This document shows positions 7,872 to 14,618 of a DNA stretch of 14,619 bases, one piece after another. Source of the DNA: Fibrobacterota bacterium (GTDB taxonomy: Bacteria > Fibrobacterota > Fibrobacteria > UBA11236); contig JAYUVP010000258.1 of the NCBI GenBank assembly GCA_043753995.1, positions 1 through 14,619 of the forward strand, given 5' to 3'. A model generated the notes under the pieces. It saw nothing but the letters and a program-made list of their open reading frames with translations. It had not been told where the DNA came from and searched no databases. Numbering within the stretch: position 1 is the stretch's first letter; every line of letters begins with the position of its first letter. A program made the translations under genes and the position numbers.

Positions 7872-8921
7872 GTGTCCAAACCAAAACTCTCCACCACCCT
7901 CTACTTTCTGGGCCTGATTTTCAGCCCGTGTTTCTCCTATGCGGTGGAATTTGCCCAGGAGCAGTTTTTAATTCCCCATTCGGTGGCAGCCAATGGCACG
8001 GCGCTCCTCCTTCAGTCCGATGCCGGTTCACCCATGGGTTTTCTCGACTGGCCAGGGTCAACCGTGGTTCAAGGTCTAGCCTCCTTGGAGGCAAGTTCTC
8101 AACCCATATTCGGAGGTTTAAGCCAAGCGACCTTAGGTGCCGCCCACTACAGTTATGACGCCGATACCCGCATTTATGTCATGACTGGAATCCTGGGCAC
8201 CGAAGACATCCCGGTTCGCCCTTTGCTTCAAGGGACTCGCGAGGAAAGGTTGAATCGACCCGAAATACGGCCAAATGATTGTCCAAGCTGCGGCTTTCTC
8301 CAGGATCGCGTTTATCTCGGCGCTATGAATGCCCAGCGCACCTTGCATGGCTTTGTCCCGCGTTCTGGCATAGCCAGCCAACCCATTCCATTAACCCTGT
8401 CCGGTGGTTTCACGGCAAAGTATTTCTGGGAAGAGTTGGAAGGCGATGACTATCAAGCCCAAGCCCTGAATGTCGACGGGGGACTTCAACTTGATATCGG
8501 CCTGAGTTACGATCCTGTTTTACAAACCAGCGAACGGGATTTGATGCTGCAGTTTGCCGGCTTCGAATTATTGCCTACCGCCTTGCGGAGCGAAATAGGC
8601 GGCTATGTCAAAGAAGAGACTGGTGAGAGACGCTGGCATGTGGGTTTATCTTGGCGCGAACTGTGGCCAAGCATTAAAAGCACCACCGTGATTGGTATCA
8701 CCCAGCGTTCGGAAGGATGGCGATGGCCCGGCTTCGCAGCCGAGTGGAATGTCAAAAAAATGTTTTTTCTTCGCGCAGGTTTTGACGGGCAGACTTGGGC
8801 CTCGGGCGCTTCGTTCAAATGGAAAATGTTAAGTGCGCATTATGCGATGCAAAAGCATCCGCTGGGCATCACCTGGTATCAAGTCGCCATTCAAGCTGAA
8901 TGGCCGGACTTGATACCGTGA
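7872..8921 (+). CDS. Exported outer-membrane beta-barrel, PorV/PorQ(FadL)-like (tentative)
   Basis: GTG start with AGGAG SD (7857-7861) and a signal-peptide-like N-terminus ending 'SYA'. Amphipathic strands: 'LSGGFTAKYFWEEL', 'ALNVDGGLQL', 'WHVGLSW', 'GFAAEW', 'FFLRAGF..WASGASFKW', 'SAHYAM..HPLG..YQVAIQAEW'. This resembles the PorV/PorQ-family C-terminal pattern (LRAG...GxG...DYA...LG...S). The CDS is solid; the family assignment is an inference. Confidence 0.6.
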   Translation: MSKPKLSTTLYFLGLIFSPCFSYAVEFAQEQFLIPHSVAANGTALLLQSDAGSPMGFLDWPGSTVVQGLASLEASSQPIFGGLSQATLGAAHYSYDADTRIYVMTGILGTEDIPVRPLLQGTREERLNRPEIRPNDCPSCGFLQDRVYLGAMNAQRTLHGFVPRSGIASQPIPLTLSGGFTAKYFWEELEGDDYQAQALNVDGGLQLDIGLSYDPVLQTSERDLMLQFAGFELLPTALRSEIGGYVKEETGERRWHVGLSWRELWPSIKSTTVIGITQRSEGWRWPGFAAEWNVKKMFFLRAGFDGQTWASGASFKWKMLSAHYAMQKHPLGITWYQVAIQAEWPDLIP

Positions 8922-8966
8922 TGGCGAAACCGATGGCGTAACCAAATGGTTCGAAAAACTCGGAAG

Positions 8967-9042
<76 letters not shown>

Positions 9043-9056
9043 AACCGAGGGGAGCA

Positions 9057-9085
9057 AATATAAACAACCAGCCGGAAAATGGAAA
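9057..9085 (-). promoter_or_regulatory. Putative sigma70 promoter of tRNA-Lys
   Basis: Minus strand TTTCCA (9085-9080), 17-nt spacer, TATATT (9062-9057), followed by a GC-rich discriminator (TGCTCCCC) and the tRNA 14 nt later. Confidence 0.5.
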
Positions 9086-9096
9086 CCTTTCTATCC

Positions 9097-10068
9097 ATGT
9101 TTGCCGTGCCTAAAACCCCGCCGCGAAACCCCAGCTCAACTTTGAAAAGCAAAAGCCTTTCCGAACAAGCGTTTCTAGCGCATTTGGCATTTGAAAAAAG
9201 GCTTAGCTCGGAAACTCAAAAAGCTTATTTGTCCGACTTGAGACTATTCATGAAATGGGCTCAACCCAGCGCAAACTCCGAGGCCACCCCTTCGGAGGAT
9301 ATTTGGAAGACCTCTACCCTACGCGCCTTTCTCAAAAGCCTTACTGAGCTTGGTGCCGCACCAACCAGCCAATCGCGTTATTTATCCGCCTTGCGCGCTT
9401 ATTGCCGCTTTCTCGTCGACGAAGGGGAATTAGAAAACGATCCGACAGCTGTTTTGCGGCCCCCGAAACAGCAGCGTTACCGCCCCGAAGCTCTAAGCCG
9501 CAAAGAAATGAATGCTTTGTATGCTGACCTTGAAATAGCCATGACGCAAGGTCGCCATTTGGCCGCGCGCGACGCCTGCCTGGTGGACCTGCTTTACGGA
9601 CTCGGCCTGCGTATTTCCGAAGCTGTGGGCCTCACCCTGGATCGACTACGATTCGACGAAGGTGTCGCCCTCATTGACGGCAAGGGCGGCAAACAAAGAC
9701 AAGTGCCCCTGGGCGGCCAAGTGATAAAAACCATAAAACATTTTCTCGGCGAAGAACGATTATCACTGCAGCCAAAGCAAGACATGATTTTACTGAATCG
9801 CTTCGGCCGTCCACTAAGCCGGGTCGGTGCTTGGAAAATATTGCAAGGCCTCTGCCGCCATGCAGACATCGACTTGCATTCTCCGCATGCGTTCCGCCAT
9901 GCTTTTGCAACGCATTTAATAGAAGGTGGGGCTGACTTGCGTTCCGTGCAGGAAATGCTGGGGCATGCGGATATCAGTACCACCCAGATTTACACCCATC
10001 TTGATCAAGCTTATTTAAGGGAAGTACATCAATCCTTTCACCCGCGAAATCATTTAGGCAAATCGTAA
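9097..10068 (+). CDS. xerD: Tyrosine recombinase XerD
   Basis: N-terminal SAM-like 'EKRLSSETQKAYLSDL'. Catalytic R ('LYGLGLRISE'), K ('GKGGKQR.VP'), HxxR ('SPHAFRHAFATHL'), H and Y ('GADLRSVQEMLGHADISTTQIYTH'), and C-terminal 'HPR'. The wording is XerD-like rather than phage-integrase-like. Start ATG 9097 (9079 overlaps the predicted tRNA -35; GTG 9106 is also possible). Confidence 0.88.
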   Translation: MFAVPKTPPRNPSSTLKSKSLSEQAFLAHLAFEKRLSSETQKAYLSDLRLFMKWAQPSANSEATPSEDIWKTSTLRAFLKSLTELGAAPTSQSRYLSALRAYCRFLVDEGELENDPTAVLRPPKQQRYRPEALSRKEMNALYADLEIAMTQGRHLAARDACLVDLLYGLGLRISEAVGLTLDRLRFDEGVALIDGKGGKQRQVPLGGQVIKTIKHFLGEERLSLQPKQDMILLNRFGRPLSRVGAWKILQGLCRHADIDLHSPHAFRHAFATHLIEGGADLRSVQEMLGHADISTTQIYTHLDQAYLREVHQSFHPRNHLGKS

Positions 10069-10225
10069 TCGGGGTAATCTGCGAATTTGCTACCCGGAAG
10101 GGCACTTATAATCAAATGCGCATTTAATAGGTGTGAATGCGTTTTTTCCAAACGTTTTAAGGATAGGGTTTGGTGATCTTAGATATCAACAACCAAACTC
10201 AAAATACGACTCGTTGGAGTACAAG

Positions 10226-11983
10226 GTGAAATCAATTCAAGTCCTATTTGGCGTCTTTCTCAGCCTGCTTGCACTGACGGCCCAGGCACAAACTTTCACC
10301 TATCCTGGTTGCGATAATCTGACTGCAGCCGAGTTTCGGATGACCGAATTGGCTGCGGGTAAGGGCTTACAGGAACCCGTGGCCTTCGATTTACAAGCCA
10401 ATTGGAATGCCGCTGGCGATTCGGTGACCCAAGTCAATATTTTCTTTACGGAAAGATTGGGCAAGGTCAAATTTTTTGATGGCGCGACACAAACGGTGAC
10501 CTTAGCCGGCACCCTACCCGTGCTTGCCAATACCTCATTGAGGTGCTGCAATAATGCTGACGATAATGGCCTTATGGGCATTGCCGTCGATCCCAAATTC
10601 AATGTCAACCGGTGGATTTATGTGTGGTATGGCCCATCCCAAACCGATGCAACCATCAATCCCCGCTTGCGACTTTCCCGATTCACTATCACCGCCCAAA
10701 ACACCATGGACATGGCCTCGGAAAAAATCCTTATCGATATACTCACCAGCAAGGGCGAGCACCGCCATGCGGGCGGACCCATGACCTTTGATGCTCACGG
10801 CGACCTTTGGGTGACCTTGGGCCAAAGCGGTAATGACATCAACTACCCAACCCAGAATAGCCAATGGAGTGCCACGGATAGCGGTCTAAACCAAGAATGG
10901 GGTCCATCCAATACGGCGAGTTTGCGGGGTGGTGTTTTTCGCATACACCCTGACGATACGGCTACCACCCAGCGTAAAGACCGTACCGGAAATTACGGGC
11001 CGGGCTATACCATTCCTGCAGGGAATTTCGGTGAATATTGGGCGGGTCAATTCCAAACCCAAGGAAAAACAGAGTTGGCGACGCAATACAGAAATTCTGC
11101 GAAGGTCTTACCCGAAGTTTATGTCAAAGGCACTCGCAGCCCGCATTCCATTGGAGTGCATCCCACCAAACATTGGCTAACCTGGGGCGAGGTGAATCCT
11201 CCCTCCAATGCTGACGAAATCAATCTCTTCACCAATCCTGTTTTTGCTGGCATGCCCTATTTCTACGGAAACAATTCAGTTGTGTCGTATCCTGGAAACA
11301 CCAAATCCGCCGCAGCTCCTACCAATAACTCAGCCATGAATAGTGGCGTCATCGACCTGCCTCCCGCCATGCCAGGAACTCTTGTGTGCTGCACAGGTGT
11401 TGGAAATGTCGCTATCTCAGGGCCATTTTATGTCTACAATCGCGCGCTGAGGAATCGCGATAAACTTCCACCTCATTTCGACAATCATTTTTTCCATCTC
11501 AGTTTTCAGGCCAATAGCATGTTTGTGAACACCTTAGACACCGGCACGGCCAAAATTACCCGTACCGATCGGGTGGATAATGCTCTAATGCGTGTTCCCT
11601 TGCGCTCGCCTTTGGCTGCGCGCATGGGTCCAGATGGCGCCCTTTATGTTCTCAATTATGACGGATATTACACCACGGTAACGCCGGCTGTGGAAAGAGT
11701 GCGCTATTCTGGTTCTTGCTTTGTCGAGCCAACCTCCCTATTCCAAGCGGAAAGTCCTCAAGAGTTGGGAATCAAACGACACTCTCGAAGCCTTGCCGTG
11801 AATGGAAAACACGAAATCACCTTGCAGGATTTGCAGGGCCGAAGGCTTTATCAAAAACAAGTCGCAGGCCCGGCAGAATATTCTTTTGCCGAATTGCGCA
11901 AGGAAGCGCATTGGACGGGTGGCCTATTGGTGTTGGAATTGCGTACAGAGAAAGGCCAATACACCGAAAAACTGATGTATTGA
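10226..11983 (+). CDS. Secreted PQQ-dependent sugar dehydrogenase (GSDH / soluble GDH-type beta-propeller)-like protein with T9SS-like C-terminal sorting domain
   Basis: GGAG (10216-10219) lies 6 nt before GTG 10226, followed by signal peptide 'KSIQVLFGVFLSLLALTAQA'. GSDH motifs: 'GLQEP', 'TERLG', 'GLMGIAVDPKF..NRWIYV', 'RLSRF', 'HAGG.MTF..G.LWVTLG', 'SLRG.VFRI', 'YTIPAGN', 'PEVYVKG.R.P', 'DEIN' and 'GPDGALYV'. Tail: 'ITLQDLQGRRL...GLLVLELRTEKGQYTEKLMY'. Confidence 0.85.
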   Translation: MKSIQVLFGVFLSLLALTAQAQTFTYPGCDNLTAAEFRMTELAAGKGLQEPVAFDLQANWNAAGDSVTQVNIFFTERLGKVKFFDGATQTVTLAGTLPVLANTSLRCCNNADDNGLMGIAVDPKFNVNRWIYVWYGPSQTDATINPRLRLSRFTITAQNTMDMASEKILIDILTSKGEHRHAGGPMTFDAHGDLWVTLGQSGNDINYPTQNSQWSATDSGLNQEWGPSNTASLRGGVFRIHPDDTATTQRKDRTGNYGPGYTIPAGNFGEYWAGQFQTQGKTELATQYRNSAKVLPEVYVKGTRSPHSIGVHPTKHWLTWGEVNPPSNADEINLFTNPVFAGMPYFYGNNSVVSYPGNTKSAAAPTNNSAMNSGVIDLPPAMPGTLVCCTGVGNVAISGPFYVYNRALRNRDKLPPHFDNHFFHLSFQANSMFVNTLDTGTAKITRTDRVDNALMRVPLRSPLAARMGPDGALYVLNYDGYYTTVTPAVERVRYSGSCFVEPTSLFQAESPQELGIKRHSRSLAVNGKHEITLQDLQGRRLYQKQVAGPAEYSFAELRKEAHWTGGLLVLELRTEKGQYTEKLMY

Positions 11984-12062
11984 AGGGCAAGACTTCATTG
12001 GGAATCCCTTCGGCGGTACTTCGTCTGCTGAAGGCTCTGGATTCTTTCAAATTTACGGAAAC

Positions 12063-12098
12063 AAAAAAGGGGAATCGGCTTACACCGATTCCCCTTTT
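12063..12098. terminator. Bidirectional intrinsic terminator between the GSDH gene and tRNA-Pro
   Basis: AAAAGGGGAATCGG-CTTACA-CCGATTCCCCTTTT is a perfect 14-bp inverted repeat. On the minus strand it directly follows the tRNA CCA and ends in TTTTTTGTTT. Confidence 0.88.
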
Positions 12099-12174
12099 GG
12101 TCGGGATGGCGGGATTCGAACCCACGACCACCTGAACCCCATTCAGGTACTCTACCAGACTGAGCCACATCCCG
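12098..12174 (-). tRNA. tRNA-Pro (anticodon GGG)
   Basis: Minus strand CGGGATGTGGCTCAGTCTGGTAGAGTACCTGAATGGGGTTCAGGTGGTCGTGGGTTCGAATCCCGCCATCCCGACCA (77 nt). It has the C1-G72 acceptor typical of tRNA-Pro, anticodon arm CCTGA-AT GGG GT-TCAGG, T loop TTCGAAT and an encoded CCA. Confidence 0.97.
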
Positions 12175-12188
12175 AAAGAGAGGGGGGG

Positions 12189-12217
12189 AATTTATCAATC
12201 CTGGAGGATATGGTCAA
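12189..12217 (-). promoter_or_regulatory. Sigma70 promoter of tRNA-Pro
   Basis: Minus strand TTGACC (12217-12212), 17-nt spacer, TAAATT (12194-12189), with an extended -10 TGn and a C7 discriminator typical of stringently controlled stable-RNA promoters. Confidence 0.72.
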
Positions 12218-12281
12218 TTCCTTCTTCGAGGAAAACCTAAGGCGAGTTATTTTTGACCCTCATTCCCGGAGGAATAACAAA

Positions 12282-13931
12282 GTGACCCAGCTCTCGGCCC
12301 TTGAGAAAGTTCGCAAACAGTATCAACCCAAACTCCCGCCCGGTTTGCGAAAGGGGATATCCGGCGTTCGCATGGTGACGGGTAATGCCACCGAACCGGT
12401 CAAAGACCGCGACGGCATCAAGGCTGCCTTCAGTCTTACCTATGGCATGCCTGTGCTTGGTTTCGAAGCTGGCGAATCCACCACCGCAGCCAAACCCCTG
12501 AATGTGGGCGTCATACTCTCAGGTGGACAGGCTCCGGGCGGCCACAATGTGATTGCCGGCATTTTCGATTCCATTCATGCTCTCAATCCAAACAGTCAAC
12601 TCTTCGGCTTTCTTAGTGGCCCCGGTGGCTTAGAGAAAGGCAAATACGAAGTCATCACCGCCGAGAAAATGAATGCCTTCCGCAATACCGGCGGATTTGA
12701 CATTATCGGTTCGGGTCGCACCAAGCTTGAGACCACGGAACAATTCGACCGTTGCATTGAAGTCATCAAGCGCTTATCCCTTGATGCCGTTGTCATCATT
12801 GGTGGAGATGACAGCAATACCAATGCAGCTATACTCGCGGAATACCTGAAGAGCAAAAACGTCGGCACCACCGTGGTAGGTGTTCCCAAAACCATCGATG
12901 GCGATTTGAAAAATCCTCATATCCCCGTCAGCTTTGGTTTCGACACGGCCGTAAAGACTTATAGCGAGCTGATCGGCAATATCGCCCGCGATGCCTCTTC
13001 AGCCAAGAAGTATTGGCATTTCATCAAACTCATGGGGCGATCGGCTTCGCATATCGCGCTCGAATGCGCTTTGCAAACGCATCCCAATATCGCCTTGGTT
13101 TCCGAAGAAGTGGAAGCCAAGGGCCTAAGTCTCGATCAAATCGTCGACCAAATTGCCAAGGTGATCGCCGCAAGATCTGAAAAAGGCAAGGATTATGGCG
13201 TCGTTTTGGTTCCGGAAGGACTCATCGAATTCATTCCCTCGATGAAAAAGCTCATTGCCGATCTCAATCACTTGCTGGCAGAGAAATCAGAGGCCTTCGC
13301 CAAGTTGCAATCGAATGCCGATAAAATCAGCGCGGTTCAGGGATGGTTACCGGCCGATTTGGCCCATGTTTTCGCAAGTTTGCCTCAGGGCATTCAAATG
13401 CAACTCCTGCTCGATCGAGACCCCCACGGCAATGTGCAGGTGTCCCTGATTGATACCGAAATCTTGCTTGCCGACTTGGTGGGCCGACGCCTGAAAACCC
13501 TGCCTGGGTACAAAGGCAAATACAGCAGTCAGCATCATTTTTTTGGTTATGAAGGCCGTGCCGCCGCCCCATCGAATTTCGATGCGGATTACTGCTACAG
13601 CTTAGGTACGGTGGCCGCACTCTTGATCCGCAATGAAAAAACCGGTTATATGGCCTCTATTCGCCGGGTCAGCCAAGGTATCGATCAGTGGCAGGCCGGA
13701 GGTATTCCCATCACCATGCTTTTCAACATGGAATCGAGGCACGGCAAATTAAAGCCGGTGATTCAAAAGGCCTTGGTCGAACTGGAGGGTCCGGCATTCA
13801 AGGCCTTTGCCGCGGAGCGTCAAGACTGGGAAATCGAGGATGCCTTCGTATATCCTGGACCCATTCAATATTTTGGGCCGACGGAAGTGTGTGATGCCAT
13901 CACCCAAACCCTGGCCCTGGAAGGCACCTAA
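12282..13931 (+). CDS. pfp: Pyrophosphate-dependent phosphofructokinase (diphosphate--fructose-6-phosphate 1-phosphotransferase, long form)
   Basis: 'GVILSGGQAPGGHNVI', 'NTGGFD.IGSGR.K', 'IGGDDSNTNA' (GGDD) with 'PKTIDGD' (K), which is the PPi-specific signature, plus 'SFGFDTA', 'LMGRSASHIALE', 'PEGLIEF', 'RDPHGNVQVS', 'HFFGYEGR' and 'PGPIQY'. GGAGG (12268-12272) precedes GTG 12282. ORF-track ATG 12210 lies inside the tRNA-Pro promoter. Confidence 0.95.
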   Translation: MTQLSALEKVRKQYQPKLPPGLRKGISGVRMVTGNATEPVKDRDGIKAAFSLTYGMPVLGFEAGESTTAAKPLNVGVILSGGQAPGGHNVIAGIFDSIHALNPNSQLFGFLSGPGGLEKGKYEVITAEKMNAFRNTGGFDIIGSGRTKLETTEQFDRCIEVIKRLSLDAVVIIGGDDSNTNAAILAEYLKSKNVGTTVVGVPKTIDGDLKNPHIPVSFGFDTAVKTYSELIGNIARDASSAKKYWHFIKLMGRSASHIALECALQTHPNIALVSEEVEAKGLSLDQIVDQIAKVIAARSEKGKDYGVVLVPEGLIEFIPSMKKLIADLNHLLAEKSEAFAKLQSNADKISAVQGWLPADLAHVFASLPQGIQMQLLLDRDPHGNVQVSLIDTEILLADLVGRRLKTLPGYKGKYSSQHHFFGYEGRAAAPSNFDADYCYSLGTVAALLIRNEKTGYMASIRRVSQGIDQWQAGGIPITMLFNMESRHGKLKPVIQKALVELEGPAFKAFAAERQDWEIEDAFVYPGPIQYFGPTEVCDAITQTLALEGT

Positions 13932-13973
13932 AACTGCCCTCTTTTCCCTATTTCTTTTAAAATCAAGGGGATA

Positions 13974-14003
13974 GAACGTGGATAACCCAAGTTATCCACG
14001 TTC
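13974..14003. repeat. Perfect 13-bp inverted repeat whose arms contain DnaA-box-like TTATCCACG
   Basis: GAACGTGGATAAC-CCAA-GTTATCCACGTTC. It can be extended by outer arms AAATCAA (13960-13966) / TTGATTT (14008-14014). Confidence 0.85.
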
Positions 14004-14007
14004 CCTG

Positions 14008-14036
14008 TTGATTTCTTGTGTATAGATGCCTATCCT
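14008..14036 (+). promoter_or_regulatory. Putative sigma70 promoter of nrdR
   Basis: TTGATT (14008-14013), 17-nt spacer, TATCCT (14031-14036). The ATG follows 15 nt later with no SD, which implies a very short leader. Confidence 0.55.
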
Positions 14037-14051
14037 TTGCGTCAATAACCT

Positions 14052-14510
14052 ATGCGCTGCCCTTTTTGCCATTGTGAAGAAGACAAGGTCGTCGACTCGC
14101 GCGGAAGCCGAGAAGGTCGGGCTATTCGTCGCCGTCGGGAATGCTTGAGCTGTAGCCAACGTTATACGACTTACGAATACATCGAAACCGCGGCCCTGAT
14201 GGTGGTTAAAGCCGATGGCCGTCGTGAGCCCTATGACCGACAGAAGATTTTAAAAGGCTTGGGCATGGCTTGCAAAAAGCGCCCAATAAGCCAAGAAGCC
14301 ATTGAGCAATTGGCCGATCAAATCGAAAATCAACTGCAAGCCCTGAATGAAAATGAAGTGCCCAGCAAAACGGTGGGCGAATTCACCATGAGAGCCCTTT
14401 TTCAAGTCGATGAAGTGGCTTATGTACGCTTTGCTTCGGTGTATCGCAAATTCAAGGAAGTCAAAGAATTCCTTTCTGAAATAAGCGTGATGCAACAAAC
14501 TCTGAGCTAA
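14052..14510 (+). CDS. nrdR: Transcriptional repressor NrdR
   Basis: Zinc ribbon 'MRCPFC...KVVDSR...IRRRRECLSC..RYTTYE' and ATP cone 'VVKADGRREPYDRQKI..G...AC.KRP', 'GE..M..L..VDEVAYVRFASVYR.F'. Length 152 aa. Confidence 0.98.
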   Translation: MRCPFCHCEEDKVVDSRGSREGRAIRRRRECLSCSQRYTTYEYIETAALMVVKADGRREPYDRQKILKGLGMACKKRPISQEAIEQLADQIENQLQALNENEVPSKTVGEFTMRALFQVDEVAYVRFASVYRKFKEVKEFLSEISVMQQTLS

Positions 14511-14539
14511 AATTCGCGGAGAAAAGAGACTGAAGAAAG

Positions 14540-14570
14540 AAGACCACCTCAACGGGTGGTCTTTTTGTTT
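14540..14570 (+). terminator. Intrinsic terminator after nrdR
   Basis: Hairpin AAGACCACC-TCAACG-GGTGGTCTT followed by TTTGTTT. The A-rich 5' flank suggests it may also work on the minus strand. Confidence 0.85.
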
Positions 14571-14576
14571 GAGCTT

Positions 14577-14618
14577 TTAAAGCCTGCCATGCCTTGCACT
14601 ACGCAGCAAAGCCTGCAC
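14577..14618 (-). CDS. Possible 3' end of a convergent gene entering from outside the window
   Basis: The minus strand reads VQALLRSARHGRL-TAA, ending just before the nrdR terminator. Too short to identify. Confidence 0.25.
   Translation of the reverse strand: MQALLRSARHGRL

Noticed and set aside
8824..8859. dif-like half sites (AGTGCGCATTA at 8832-8842; AAATGTTAAGT at 8824-8834) near xerD
   Set aside because: The two half-site look-alikes overlap and are in the wrong order. No TTATGTTAAAT-like XerD arm lies 6 bp from the XerC-like arm, and the sequence is inside a CDS.
8924..8953. Imperfect hairpin between the barrel gene and the tRNA-Lys 3' end
   Set aside because: It could be a weak tRNA terminator, but the stem has several mismatches. 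Not supportable as a distinct feature.
9079..10068. Tyrosine recombinase beside a tRNA read as a phage or island integrase
   Set aside because: The motifs are those of housekeeping XerD (ADLRSVQEMLGHADISTTQIYTH...HPR) with no arm-binding domain. It sits at the tRNA-Lys 5' side, and I saw no att repeat or mobile cargo.
10101..10142. TGCGCAT core downstream of xerD as a dif site
   Set aside because: No XerD-binding arm at the required 6-bp spacing on either strand. Kept only as a possible operator palindrome.
11981..12034. TGA stop followed by a hairpin as selenocysteine read-through (SECIS)
   Set aside because: The protein ends in a natural CTD-like terminus. Read-through adds only ~15 residues before another in-frame TGA, and the position is not a catalytic Cys equivalent.
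13932..14051. NrdR box (autoregulation) or oriC upstream of nrdR
   Set aside because: No good match to the acaCwAtATaTwGtgt NrdR consensus. The 120-bp gap with three imperfect DnaA-like boxes and no dnaA/dnaN context is insufficient for an origin call.
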